Source: Raillietiella orientalis
Taxonomy: Eukaryota
DNA: 64,000 nucleotides
Assembly: GCA_036172245.1 (NCBI GenBank)
Contig: JAYWIR010000032.1
Coordinates: forward strand, 682,001 to 746,000
Reading direction: 5' to 3'
Shown: positions 13,084-26,918 of the stretch, in pieces
Position numbering within the stretch: the first letter of the stretch is position 1
Layout of the letters: the number at the start of each line of letters is the position of its first letter
Translations under genes and position numbers: made by a program
The notes under the pieces: generated by a model
What the model saw: the letters and a program-made list of their open reading frames with translations, nothing else
What the model was told of the DNA's origin: nothing
Databases searched by the model: none

Positions 13084-13365
13084 TTTCCGAAGCGACTGGC
13101 GCCTTCGGTCCCTGAGCTCGTTTCGTCCACGCCTTCCACTATTACCGCACGCATTTCCAAAGCGATGAATACCACTGCTTCGGTTCCTAAGTTCATTTCA
13201 TCCGCCTCTCCTGCCACTGTCCTATCAATGAAGCGATCGGCACCATCGCTTAGGTCCCTGAGTTCCTTTCGCCTACGTCTTCTACCACCACCGCATTTCC
13301 GAAGCGGTTAGCACCATCGCTCCAGTCCTTCGGCTCGTTTCGTCCACGTTCCCTACCACCTCCAC
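13084..13365. repeat. Degenerate minisatellite, 4 units of 70-71 bp
   Basis: The anchor aagcg recurs at 13090, 13160, 13231 and 13302. Each is followed by variants of ...ggtccctgagytcgtttcgtcc...ccacc. Confidence 0.8.
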
Positions 13366-14849
13366 ACTGGAGGCGGTCGCAAAAGAAGTGGCTCTTGCCT
13401 CGAGCATATTTCCTCCCGAGAGTGATTTCCTTCCAAAGAGACTTCTGTTAGGAAAAAAAAAAAAAAAAGAAAACGGAAATGAAGGAAGGTCGATTTCTGC
13501 ACTTTCTGACTTGTTTCGACTTTTGGATCGCCTCGGCGTGCAAGGATGGGCCTGCCCACCGATGGAGGGGCTCCCTGTATCTCGAAAGGGCACCACTTCG
13601 TGCGCTGCTGGCATTTTCTTCCTCAGGTGGAAATTTCATCCTTCGATTTCTTTCTGCTCGGGGAAGCATAAAACGGTTCCCGTAACGAGAACGAGATGAT
13701 CAGACGGAAAAACGTGACACGTCGGTGTCAGCCCGATTTATTAGTTGATCACTAAAGCGGACAACCGTAAAATTCGAATCGATGAGGATCGGTGCTTTCT
13801 CGAGGCAGAGAGAAAGCAAACAGGGTGGACCGTGGAGCCTCCCGCAACAGTGTATTCTTTTAAGTGGGCACCAGCCGAAGAACTTCTGGCTGCCGCCACG
13901 GTTTCACCCTGCAGCGTGACTCCGGCCGGCTGCTTCTCCCGCCCCCCGAATTCCGTGAACGCGATCGGACTGCAAGAAGGCAGAGTTCGACGTTTTGGCC
14001 CGGGGCTCACGGGCACGCCACATCGGAGACCCTCTGCCTGTCCCCACCGCTTCTCTGCGAAATCCCCGAACAGGGCTTCACAGTGTCGTCCCGTGCGGCT
14101 CCTGCCCGACGAAGGGCCGGCGGACGAGGACCGTGAGGCTTACAACGAGGGTGCTTCCTCGTCGGGATGAGGCTGTGCCCTTCTGAGAGGCGCGCGCGGG
14201 GCTTCCTGCTGCTGCGTTTCGGAGGCGTGCCGCTTCAGAGATGCTCTTCCGGCAGCACCCTCGATCGTTCAAGGGTTGTTCTGTCCCGCTCGTAGGACCC
14301 CAGAAAAAGTCCATTCGCCGAGCACAGCTCGCGTGCTTTCTCGAGACTCTTTGGAATTCCAGAGTTCCAGAGAACCGACGACAACCGCTCCACCCCACAA
14401 CCTGAGCTTTGGGCTGCGGCGAAAAAGTTCTTCATGATCTCTCCTGCCTTCTTGAAGACCGAAACTTCTCGTTGGAGGCAGCAGCAAGAGTCCAGTGTGA
14501 TGATCCTTTTCCGGAAAAATCCCCAAATGACGAATCACGTCCCGTTTCCTCACCTTCGGTTTGCACCCAGTCACTCCGGGACATTTATTTTAAAATAAAT
14601 AAACTGCAAACCAGAAAGCATTCTCTCCTGAGTACAGCTGCATGACAACAGCAAAAGAGGTCAGAAAAAAAAAAGTTCTCGCGAGCCAACCTGCGAGCAC
14701 CAGCTCGCAGGTTGGCTTCCAAGGGAGTCAGGAGAGAGAGGAAGAGGACAATAAGCAAACACAAAAAAGTCAGGAACAGGGGTACTTGTTTTTATTCGTT
14801 CCTTTCTTTCTAGAAGCGGCTATGTATGGTGGCGATCCCACTGATGACC

Positions 14850-15900
14850 TCTTCTGGAAGATGAGGCCACTTTGAGGCCGTCCTCATCAAGGGGGCTGCC
14901 ATGATGGTGGCCCCCGCCCTTCGCTGCGAACAAGACTCCAACACATGGCAGACTGTCACCATGGACGGATGCAGCAGATCCTCGCCATCACAGCACCTGC
15001 AATCAGCCCGCCTTGAGTGAAGAAGCGGCGCAGCAAGTCTGCAGCGGAATCCTGCGGAAGGCGTAGCGCTGAGGCTGTTCTTCGCCAAATGCCCTCAGGG
15101 GCACTACTTCCTTTCTCGGCAGTCGAACAGGAGGAGTGGGGTGCCATAGCCCCGCATCTCAAACAGTTTGGGGAGGTGATCCCCCTCTCAAACCAGGTGT
15201 CTGCGCCGGTTGCACCGGAATCTCCCCAGTGCAGCATCAGCAGACCATCTTGCTACCACCGTAGAGGTGGCGTCTACATACAGGAGAGGGGCCGAGTAGG
15301 CCACTTCACCGAAGGAGTCCCGTCTCCCGGAAACGAGGAGTGGCGGAGTCCGCCAACCCCACTCCTGCAGCCGTCGAGGAGTTTCTCGACTCCTGCAGTG
15401 GTACAGAAGAACTCCCACACCGTTGGCTGGCTGCTGTCATCGTTTTCTCTGAGGACAGACGGTGCTGTGGCAAGAGGTGTGACGACTATCCGGGACCACT
15501 GCGTTTGGTCCTGCGGGATATCTCCTAGGAGTTTCCATAAGAGTTTTCGTAGCGGACTCAGTTCAAAGTGACAACCCAGGACTACCAGCGCCTTTTGCTG
15601 CCAGGCATTCCAGTTTTTTGACCGGTAGGAGATCCACAAGTGAGCTTCCAGTAGTGAGGACAGATGCCTCATGGGCTAACCGAAACCAATCATCCCATGC
15701 CGCCTGCGCGGCAGTAATGAGAGAAGACCTCCGCTTGCAGCACACCGCCGAAGGATGTAGGGTGCCGGAGGGCACCACGGAGAAGTCCGCAGCTTCCCGG
15801 AGAGTCTTAATAGAGGGACTACGCTTTCAGTTCGACTCTGAAGTTGGTTGGGATGCCCAAGTTGGAATCCTGGAGTGACGCCACCAAGTCTTTTACGCAG
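14850..15900 (+). mobile_element. Decayed L1/Tx1-like ORF2 3' relic with zf-RVT zinc knuckle
   Basis: VVQKNSHTVGWL is followed by CCG (15463-15471), a frameshifted TTIRDHCVWSC (15482-15514; CxxC..ETxxHxxWxC pattern), and WANRN (15672-15686; WxxRN motif). Confidence 0.55.
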
Positions 15901-17515
15901 ATCCGAAACCTTGCAGCTTCCCATAGGGATGCCCGGGTCTTCACTGAATATGGGGACGAACAAGCAAGCAAACAAACGAAAAAAGCTCTTGCTGTTTGGA
16001 GGGGCCGCTCGTGGGGTTCGTCTTCCGCAGCGCTTCCTGTCGGCGGGAGGAACGCAGCATTCTTGCGCTCGGGAGACCATCGTGGGCGACGTGCGGGTTT
16101 GGAAGGCTCCGAGGGTGACATAATTCACGCAGGCGCTCCTGGACCGTTTTCAGTGATTTCAAACGAGGGATCTTCCGCGAGAGCGTTTCTCCGACGAAGC
16201 TCGAGTGACGCCGGCGACAGCCCATCTCGCAGATGCTGCCTCCCGGTGCCCGCGACGTTTTCCCCGCGAGAAGTGACTGCTTTCCTCCTCTTTCCGGAAT
16301 TCATTGGAGGAGCGAATACATTAAGGGGGAGTGCTCGTGGAGGAAAAGAGCGCTCGCAGGGAATGCTTGGAATCTTGGAGAGTGCTCGCCGTTTGAGGAG
16401 TTATGATGACTTCGATGACACAAGCTCATTGGAATTACGAAATTCCCTCTGCGTGTTTAGGGAAGATAAACAAACTCTCGTGTTTAGACACGGAACGGAG
16501 GATATCACGACGGGTTTGTGATCTCCGCGCTTTGATGGCGTCCGGCGAGGAGGAAGCTCGCTCGCGGAACTGCAGGGGAGGTGAGGGGGGGAGGAAGAAA
16601 AGGGGAGGGAGGAGATTTACTTAATGAGATTCCGATGTGTCTCATTATCAGTACAAAGTGGATTGAGCATTCGAAAGCCATTGTTTCCTCCTGGAGCACG
16701 CTGCGTGCTCCCTCCTCTCGCATCGTGATTTACGAGTTTCGTGTCGAGAACACCTTCGAGAGTAAACAGTCGGATGACATGCTGGTTTCCCACTCTGACG
16801 AAATCCGTCTGGAAAGAAAGTATGTTAATAAATCCGATTCCCTGGACCTCCACGAAGTGGTCTCCCTGGCGCTGCATTCGTATCATTTAGATCAACGTCA
16901 GAGTCCGTCCATAAATGGTGACGATTCGTTCCGCGTGTTTGTTAGCTTTGAGATATTCCCTACGGCTCGTGGAGGATTCGATCGGCTTTGGGGAACAGCG
17001 CTGGGGTCGTTCGGAGCGTGCGCGACCGCTCGTGCCCTTTCGTGGATTCGAAATAAACGGGAAGGTGGTGGTTCCAAGTCATATTCGAGCTCGATGGCTG
17101 CTCCGAGAGCATCAGTTTTTACGAGAGAAAACGCGGACGTCTCCCTTCAGCACGAGGGAGATTTTCGGCCAGAGCTTCAAAAGTCCAAACAAGTCCGGTC
17201 GCCTTTTCTCTGGAACCCTCCCCTCCCCCCGGCTTTTTGTCTGTCTGGAGGATGAGGCAGGACCATGGATTTGTTGTGCACGTGCTCGATGCATCCCTGG
17301 GCGCGCCGAAAGGTGCGGTGAACAGAGATGCTTTTCTCTTCTCACTTCAACCGAAGCTCAGAGTCAGCAGCCTGGTAGAGTGAGTCTCTTTCAGCAAGGA
17401 GCGAGCGGAATCTCGAGCCATCGGCGTCTGTGGTTTCGGTTTTCTTTTCGAACTCCGGAAAATCCAACCACACGATGAACTTTGGAATTGACTCTAACTA
17501 ACGTAATGGCGCAAT

Positions 17516-18417
17516 ACAAGGAGCATCTCAAAGGTAAGAACCGATCGGATAGAAAGAAAGAGCAAATAAACGGAAACAAAGATGTATTGGTGGTTCTGAA
17601 CATATACATCTCCATGTCATTTTACTACGTGGTCACCACTTTTTTCCCAACCACTTTGGATACCGCGGATGGAGCTTTTTTGAAACCGTCTGCATGAAAT
17701 TCCGCCGTCCAGGCAGTACAGCAGCGCTGCAGTTTTCCACTCCTCACTCTCCCCCTCGAGTCATCGAGCCACTTCTGGAGGTGCAGGAAGGAAGACGTGG
17801 TAGCCACTGGGCAGGACTGTAATGTGTGTGATCGAAAAGTTCTTATTTGAATTTCTGAATTGTCTGGAATGTGCGGACACAGCAGGGTGTGTGGGACCAA
17901 GAGGGCGTGTGCTCTTGGTGGACTTTGTGGGGCCTAAGACAACCATCACCTCGCCAGTCCCCTGTGAAACGCTTTCGAAACTGCAACGTGCCATTCGGAA
18001 CCGACGACGTGGAGTGCTGAGATCGGGAAGTGTTCTTCTCCTTCGCGACGACCTGCGCCTTGGCAACGCATGCTGTCCGCACATTCCAGACAATTCGGAA
18101 ATTCAAATGGTTGACTTTTCGATCACCCACCTTACAGTCCTGCCCGCATCTTCCTGCACCTCCAAAAGTGGCTCGACGATTCGAGGGGGAAAGGGAGGAG
18201 TTGGAAACTGCAGTGCTGCTGGACTGGCTGAACTCCCAGGCGGAGGAATTTCAAGCAGGGACTTTCAAAAAAGCACCATCCACGGTATCCAAAGATGGTG
18301 ACTGCGTAGAAAAATGACGTGGAGGTGTACGTGTTTCAAACCACCAGTACATTCTTGTTCCTCTTATTTGCTTTTTCTTTCTATCCGAACGGCCCATAAT
18401 TCTGAAATGCTCCTCGT
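17516..18417. repeat. Long imperfect inverted repeat (arms about 17516-17884 and 18070-18417; loop about 185 bp)
   Basis: The reverse complement of the right arm aligns colinearly with the left arm, for example ctttggataccgYggatgg, cgagccacttYtggaggtgcaggaag and gaattgtctggaatgtgcggaca. Identity is roughly 80% by eye, with small indels. Confidence 0.92.
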
Positions 18418-21400
18418 GCGTGATATAATAAGTACTTCCCCGGGAGAAAAGAGCACGTGCATAAGTAGTTCCGTCCAGGTACAGCCGGAGGAAAGGATAT
18501 AGGAGATAGGATGATCTGCGGCGGCTCGAAAGGCGGCTGCAGGCGCGCGCTCTTTCTTTCGGAAGTGTTGTCGCCACGTCGTTGCATGCATTATTAAGAG
18601 GCGCCATCTTTGTTTCGGGCCGCTAGCCTTAACCTCCATTTCCCCCGCGTGGAGTTCCGATAAGCAAGGAAAAAAGAAATGAAAAGATCGCGTCCTCGAC
18701 TTTCCGAGATTCAGTGCAGCCTCTCTTGAGATGTGGAAGGAAGACCTGCGACCAGCCGCGACGTTTGTTGCCTTTTCGGCGAACGGATGGTCGGTCCATC
18801 GAGGTCGCTCAGGAAAGCGTTCAACGCGGAGCTCCACTCGGCGTGGAGGAGGAGAGTGACTCTTTCCGCAAAGAGGGGAAGGAGGCATCAGACAAATAAA
18901 ATACATAGTGTGGTAGGGAAAATTCAGAGGCCGGTCTTCTGATACTTCTCAATGGTCCCTTCCCTGGTCTTCAAAGTGAGATCAGTGGCTGGCCCGACGC
19001 AACATGGCAGTCACCAGAAGTATGACCTCCCTATATGCCTGGCATTTCTCTCGCCCCAGGCGGGCTACCACGATGCTGCAAAGGTAGCATAGTATGGTGA
19101 CTGCCTTGACCGTGAAAAGTCCCTTGAAAGAAGCAGCAAACGTGCCGTAAGGTCCGCGAGACGCGACTTGCAGGGAAGACAGGAAGTCAGAAAATCGGAT
19201 CTGGAGACGTGAAGAATCACGTGGTGACCTTGCAAATCTCGACGATGCTGCAACAATCAGCTGCTGGAATTTCACACTCGAGAAACAAACTCAGGATTGG
19301 TAGCTATCGTCCAGAAAACGCAGATGAGAAGATGGTACAGAATTCGGATGCGCGTCCACCGGAGGTCAGAGAAGAGAAAGTTTCCTTAGTGAAGACGAAT
19401 TTCCTCGAAAACGTAGAAGAGAATCAGCACTGTGGGTGCTAAGATGCACTCAGCATTTCACAGCTGCCTTCTGGTCCCGTCCGTGTCCTGGAAAATTTGC
19501 TCAGAAGCATCCCTTGCCTGTTCAATCCTGAGACAAGGAGAACGCACGGCGGATGTTCTCCAAACACGGAGTGCGGTATTCTTCGTTCTCCGTAGAAGAG
19601 TGCTGGATGATTCCTCTGATGCTGCGCGCTTTCGCGTCGAGAGAACAAGACCCTGACTAGTGGGAGTAGGTGCTCAGTATGGAGAGCCACCATGGCAACC
19701 TGGGAAGATGAGCGGATCTTCAGCCCGACGAAAGATTGCGAGAAAGGGATTGGGAAATTTTCTCCCCCTCTCCTTTCGGACGCAAGGTGGAATGGCCCGT
19801 ATTTCCCGTTTAGCTGATTCGGATTTTAAGAGGAAACCAAACTCCCAGGAACTCTTAGAAAATCTCTGTTCTTATCGTTTCTTTTCGCTGACGCTTCCCC
19901 GTGGAAATTCCTGAGGGCTAGGGAAGGATTTTCGCCGTCCATTTCTCCATCCGCGGATTTTCTGTTTCCTGTGGACGCGAAAAGTCAGTCAAGGAGTAGC
20001 GGTCGGGAATGAACAGCGGGAATGCGGCACTGGCTCCAGGGAGTAGGTTAAGCGTTGGTCTGTGAAACGCCGCGGCAGGAAATGGACACTCGGGAAACCC
20101 ACAACACTTGCGATTCCGTTTCCAGCGATGTCAGCCTCCGCATCCGTTGTCAACAAAGAAGGTGATTCCGATACAGAGTACAGAGTACTTTCTCTCCCAT
20201 TCATCATTTCCGATTTTTCTTTTGGCTGCGCATCCATCAAGAGTCCCATGGAATTGAATGAGCTGCTCAATAGAAAGCATCTGCCAAATGGCTGTTCTAT
20301 TTTGAAATAACGATGCTTTCATCTTGTTCCCGTGGCATTTACGAGACCAGCGCCCGAGCACTCGTTACTGGCATATCTCTTCTTTCTGCATCTTCGCGAA
20401 GCATATAAACTCCTCGTAGGTTCCTCAGAGTCCACCTCTCGTTGGCATTATCATTTAATGGCAATCAGGGTCAGAATCCAGAATAAGAAGTTATGGGGAC
20501 ATCAATTATTGAAATAGTTTTTGGACGGGAATGCTTCGAACGAGAGCCAACTGGGATTTAATTGACACAACATTTTGCTCGTTTACCAATCACAGGTGTC
20601 CCCTTATCAGATGAAATTTGAACACAACCACGGGCAACTATTTATCATTGGCTCTTTCTTGTCACTATGTTGAAACTGAGAAACACGAAGTTTCGCCTTC
20701 AATTCCAGGAAAAAATGTGAGCAGCCCTCGGAAAAAAAAAAAAAAAAAGAATAAGGACCTACTCTTATATCACAGTGACGTAAATGCAAAATGAATTGGG
20801 CTAGCAAGTAATTTTTTTCTTGTACGCCAAAGTAGTCACATTTATATACAATGCTGATTGGAAACCGGTGATTTATACACTTCACACGCGTGTGAGGGAA
20901 TCCTTTGGTTCGGAGCTGCAAACTTGAAACTTCTCCTTGATCAGGAGGCCAGAAATTCAAGGAATGAAACTTTTTTTTGGAAAGGAAGTCGTCGTCGGAG
21001 AGTGGAGGTCGGGTGGAACGGTCGCCGTGGACGAAGCGCAGGAGGGGGGAATGAAAACGAGGAGAAAAAGTCGAAAATCCCGGCTTCTTCCGAGTGCACA
21101 CTCACGTGAGTCCGCGGAGATTCCTTCAAGGGGATCAGCAGGAAGTCAGCATCCAAACGAGCTTTCTGCTTTTCACGTCTGGCTGTCAGCGACCCTGTGG
21201 AAAAGCAATTGGGCCCCTCCTGCTCATCAGACGGCGTGGGTTTCGTGGAACTCTAGAAGCGAAAATCATCTTCAGAGCACCGACAGAGGGCGGAAGGTGA
21301 CCAAAAATGACCGTTTGCATTAGCAAGGCGAGCGGGTCAGAAAAATCCCGGCTGCTGGATGAAGTGACAAAAGCGCGATCCGTCTTTGAAGCGCAAAAGG

Positions 21401-21859
21401 TTACGGAGACAGCAGGTTCAGGTCTCCACGCTCAACGGACCTACGCCACCATCTTGCGCTTCCTCGACAACGCTTCTTCCGGAACCTGAATTCTTCGATC
21501 CACCTCTTCAGTATCATCCTAGCAGCCGAGATTCTTCGGCTGGGAGAGACGCGATGTATGTGGGATGTTTCTCTTTCCTCGTTGTCCTTCCCCCTCCGAT
21601 GCACAAAAACCGAGGCCAGAAAGTCAGGTACGGAAAGTAGGTGAGTTTCCAAAATTTCTTCCCTGATCCCTGGGACGATCCTTTTCCTTGGACGGCAGTT
21701 CTTTGCGAACCCAGAAAATCAGCTTTTGCGAACCCTCTCGCCGCGCCACTGCGACGGTTCACAGAGCAAGCCCGAAGAAGCTCTCTCGACAGCTTCCATT
21801 TCTATTAATACATCGCAGCATTTAAGATAGACCAGAAAGGCAGGCGGTTCCAAGTGACC

Positions 21860-22260
21860 AAATGGACCGAGACCGGCATTTCAGGTACCTCTGTTTCGAA
21901 ATTTTTGTCTCAAGGAGTGCAGAGCGATTCCAAGGATTCCGCCCCTTTTCTGGAGGACACTCGCACCTCAGGGAAGCTTTCAGCTGCCGCGCTCGCTTTG
22001 CTGTCGCATCGGCGAAAGAGAAGTCAGGGAGGGACGCTGCAAACTTCAAGCAGTCCAGCTGGAACCTCTGCCATCTGACCACAATGGTGCCCTGACCATT
22101 AGCGATCTCGGTCACCGCACCATTGAAATCCTCTAACCAGGGCAGTTGGAAGCACTTAATAAGACAATAGTATGGTTCCTGAAGATGAATCCTTATGCAT
22201 TGTTTGGGAAGCATCTCTGCTTCTTGGGGAGGAAGCTGCACGCTCGCGAAACGGGGCTGA
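21860..22260 (+). mobile_element. Decayed Gypsy-like integrase core relic
   Basis: RDAANFKQ (like SDNGxxF) is followed by VTAP...GQLEALNKTIV (22140-22172; like T.YHPxxNGxxExxNxTI) and NPYALFG (like SPFxLLFG). The sequence is frameshifted. Confidence 0.5.
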
Positions 22261-23738
22261 GAAATGGACAGACTGTTCGAGGAGACTTCCAGAGATTGCG
22301 TCCTAAGAATCTTCTGTATCAGAAGAGCGAATTTCGCATTTGCCTCTGCCTCCCTTTACAATGTTCACTGATCTGCCGTCCACTCCCAGTTCTCTCCCGT
22401 TTTCCAAAAGAAAAATTCTACATCCTGGCGCCCAAAGGTAGAAAAAGCTTGGCATACTTCTATCGTCCATTCCAGCCCAGGATTCGGTCTTTGCTCACTG
22501 GAAAGGAAGGCGGGCCAGATCGCGAAAATGAATCTTTGGTTGTGGGAAAAAGACGCCACTGGTGAAACGTCGGAAAGGACTCGTTTTCCAAGAAAGCTCC
22601 TCTGGATCGAGTAACCAAATCCTGTTGCTGGGGATTTTTCAAGGGACAGACTTGTTCCCGTGTGGGGGCACTCTGCATGAGCACTTTGGAACACGGAATT
22701 CCACTCAGCCCTTCCATGCACCGAAGGCATCAAAAACTGCATCTCGTGCTGAAGCATTTTCCGCACCCGCAGCTTCCTGTTTATGGAGATACCTCGCGCA
22801 TCCCTTTTTGCAAGTTTCACACGCACCCTGCGCTCACCATACTCCTGACGCAGAACTTGATCCGGGCTGTTGGAAGAGATTGCCATTTCGCATGCCTTGG
22901 AATCGAGTTGTCGGTGGTCAGCTGGCTGGAAGCGATTCGTGGGAAGGCAGACGAGAGAATTTGTGGATTCGTTGCTGGTTCGGAGGTTGACTGGCTGCGT
23001 TTCTTGCTCGGAAAAGAATGGAAAAGTTGCATTTCTCTATCGGAAAAATGCAGATCTATGAGATACACAAGAAGACTTCAAACTAAAGCTTTTTTTTTTT
23101 TTTTTTTTTGATGCGTTTCATTTTGTCATTTTTCTTTTGAAGAGATCTATGCAAACGTGGCTCACGCGAGCATGCACTTTCTGCATTCCCTGTTAGAAAT
23201 CTTGCGCTGCTTCATGAGATTCGTAGGGTTCAGATGCTCCTTTCTGGTCAAACCCATTAGATCAAATTCATGCGAACAAGCCACTATCGCGCCTGTACTC
23301 TGAGCAGTGTTCCGGGAGGTATGTTTCCTTGGGAAACTTTCGAAACGGAGATCAAGTTCATCGTGACCCGCTTGGGGACCGTGGAAACTTTGCTTCCAAG
23401 TCGCACTCATAGATGGCAGGGAATACTTTGCAGCCCGTGCGCAAGCTCGCAGCGCGTTGTACGAAGGCACATCGAATTCGTATGGTTGTTGGATCGTTGA
23501 CCTGACATCTCGCACGTGCGTAGGAGGACGTCTGGGCTGCTGTGCATCCCGGAGACTCCCTACGAAAACGGGTATCCCTTCGGCAGCTCCTAGGGGAAAA
23601 GATGCCCGTCGGTGCTGAAGGTGCGAACAAAAAACACGCGCGCGCGCACACGCATGGCAAGAATCTCAAAATCTGAAATGCACTCTCTGCCTCCTTCGTT
23701 TTCAGGGGAGGCGGCTGTGTTGGCACCCGGAACTCGGA

Positions 23739-23766
<28 letters not shown>
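23739..23766. repeat. (AC)14 microsatellite
   Basis: Direct reading of the sequence. Confidence 0.95.
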
Positions 23767-23769
<3 letters not shown>

Positions 23770-26700
23770 TTCCCAGAGCACTCCGTGATGAGTCTTTCCG
23801 GTTGCTTTGCGATGCATCCGCGCGGAGAAGGCATCAACCTGTTTGTCCTCGCGGAGCACAGAATCACTTCGACACCGCGAAGCCCCGCGAGGCGAAGAAA
23901 GCGGAACCTCGCCGTGTCCTCCACTTCGTCTTCAGTGCTCTTTCCCCTCCTCCGGGGTTTTCCGGGATCGAAGGAGGATTTATCGAGCAGGGCAACTTTC
24001 GTCACGATCCGCCCGGCTCGAGACATGTAGCAAAAGCACGGGATCCCGGCCAAAGGCTGGATGATCTCTTCCGGAGCAGGCGCGGAGGGAGGCAAGGTTC
24101 CCATTAGAAGTTCAGTCAGCATGTTCGTGGAAATCATCGAGATAGTTGTCATCAGGGAAACACGGGCAAGCGGCTCGGACTGAGCAGCATATCTCCCCAT
24201 CTGTCATTCCGCTGGTGCAACCTGTTATTCTCCGTGAAAATCTGCCTCCCACCGTATCTTCCGAGGCATCTGCGCCATCGGAAAGTGCAACCCTTTGTCG
24301 ATGCCACGGTCGACTGTGTGCAACCGAAAAATTGGATGAAATCCCTAATTACAACTTTCATAACAGCCGTAACATCACTACCGGAGACGCACCGACCGGT
24401 GAGTCTACGTCGCCACGTCACGTCCCTAAGCATTTCCAATGCACAGGCATCTGCCTACACGTCATGTGTGTGACACACGACGTGTGCGTGCGCGTGCACG
24501 TTTCCAGAGCGCGTGAAGCAAGCGGAAAGCGAAGTGGTCTTTGAAAAATCCGCGCTCCTCGGCGAGATCGTGGACGGGATGCATCTTCGCGAAGATGCTG
24601 CGGCGCAACTCCTTCGGCATTGCTGGCGATTTCTCCTCTCGAGGTTTTCCTCTGTTCAAACAAGGGAGGCTGCGTGTGACCTGTGCGAGACCAGTGACTT
24701 TCGGCTTTTTGCTTCCCGCTCGAGCAAAAGGTTCACGGGGAGCGCGCACGTGAATTCTCCACGTTCTCTCAGGATGCTGGGAACGGAGAAACGAACGTGC
24801 GCGAACGAAGATGATCTCCGCTTCGGAACGGGGAAAAAGAGAAATGATAATTTTCAGCTCCTTTCGAAACTGTGGGGTTTCGAGCGATCCTCAATAAAAA
24901 AAAAAAAAAAAAAAAAAAAATCATCCAGCAAAGTCGGATAATTGCATCTTGCTTGGTTCGGAATCTGCATTCCGAAGCGGCGGGGAAGGCTTGCTTTATT
25001 TCTTGATTTCCTTTATAAGGCGTAGGAGGATTTCAAGCAGGCCAGCGGGGAGGGGCACCTCTTCCGCGACGGAAGAAGGGTCGTTCCTGCGGGAAAAGCG
25101 AAGGTGAAGCGAGACTGCTCCATTCGGCGCAGGAGATTTCCAAAAAAAGGCAGGGGGGGGGGGGGAAGAGAACCCGCCCCGAGATCCCAGCCACCCGCTC
25201 CTGACGAGCGATACTCTGCATCTTGGATTTCCCCCTTTACCCCCACCCTCCTCCCCTTCCCCGTTCTTTTGCGAGTCCCTGCAGGCTTCCAGACGAACGG
25301 GAGATGGCGAAGGGCGCAGAAGGAAGAAATTTGGAACGCTTGGACCTTGCGTGCGATGCCCGGGACCCGTCATTCGAAGTCATCTTCACAAAACTATAAT
25401 TAAGCTATCCGGAAGAAAGTAAAACAGAAATTCACTTTGTCTGCCTTAAATGTAATTAGCTCTTTGGATCGGAGTCGCGAAATCGAGAAAGTATTGCGTG
25501 AACATTCCAGTGTAATTCCTCCTCTTTCACTCAAAGAGATTACGCACACGCACACACACATGTACGCATACAAAAAAAAAAAAAAAAAAAAAGGAAGAAA
25601 AAAAAAAAGAAAAAAAAGAAAACCTTTTTGCACCGATTGAGTGCAGCCAAAACGCTTTCGTGGAATCCCAGGAAACGGCCGCGTGGTACCGCGTGCGTGG
25701 AAAAGTTGGGATTGCCCCGTCGTCATGGTGCCCTACGCGCGCGTGTCGTCGAGATCCCAGCGCCTCTTCGTTCATCCCTTCAAGAGAACGGGCGTCATCG
25801 TGCAAGTGTTTTCCACGACAGGCGTCGAGAGGAAAAATTCTGATGCCAGCCTTTCGCTCCAGACCAATCGTGCAAAAAAAGCTGGGAAAAGGAGTCTGGA
25901 AGACGCTTATCGGAGCAGCGCACAGAAAGGATGCTCTCGAAGAATGCGTGCAATGTTTGCTCTAGTAATCACAGACGACCGAGCAGTTCAGAACTGCTGA
26001 TAGTTAAGGAAGATTGATGCTGAAATGTAACATCTTATCGTACTGAAAGTGACTCACGCAGTCACGGCTTCGTCTTCTTGTGCAACATCATCAAAAATTG
26101 TACTCACAAGTGCTGTTGACACGACTCCATTTCGGGACCGCGCGCATGCTCTGAGAAGGAAATTGATCCTATCACCTTCTCAGGACAGTCAGCAATCCTG
26201 AATGGTCACGTGAATGTAGCACTTTGCACCGAAATCTCTTGGGCGCGGTGCGGCGAGTCCGAACATCACCACAGCTCACCCTCCTCTTCTGAATTCGCAT
26301 TCGCATAACCCTTACGATAGAGATTTTGTGACTGCACTTCCCGTACTGTGCTGGAGGTGGTCACTAAATGGGCTTCCAAAGCGAATCCCGTCAAGTGTTT
26401 TACCATGGACACCAAGGCACACACACACGGAACATTATTTACGCACGGAATGGCGTGATTTGAGGGGGCATCTTATAGGAAAAATCCGGTGGCGTATCTT
26501 CAACCCCAGTTTCCGCCCCCCCTTCCCAGGAGCCATATTTGTTTAAAAAACGTTTCTTGGATGAAGTGCCTCTTTCGGAACCACTTAATGAATCCGAAAT
26601 CCGATTCGCCTAACGTGGCGCATAATTGCCTTTTCCGTATCGGAGGTCTGAAAATCTCCAACGCAGCTATCGGCCAGCAGCGTGTTCTGAGGTTCATTGA

Positions 26701-26883
26701 TAAATGCGTGCTGCGCCTTCCGTGCCTTGGGAGGTGTTCCATCCTGCGCCTCGCCCTCCTGCCCTCCCCTCCTCGGGAACATACCGGCTCGCACTTCGGG
26801 AATCCGAAACTCCACGGAGACGTCTGCATCTCCTGCTGGCTTTCGAACCAGCAAGACGCAGGAAATCGTTTCTTCTTTTTTCC

Positions 26884-26918
26884 TTTTTTTTTTTTTGTGT
26901 GTGTGTGTGTGTGTGTGT
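26884..26918. repeat. Poly-T followed by (GT)11 microsatellite
   Basis: Direct reading of the sequence. Confidence 0.95.

Noticed and set aside
23358..24200. 280-aa minus-strand ORF
   Set aside because: It reads through a (CA)n microsatellite (CVCVCV) and has no domain features.
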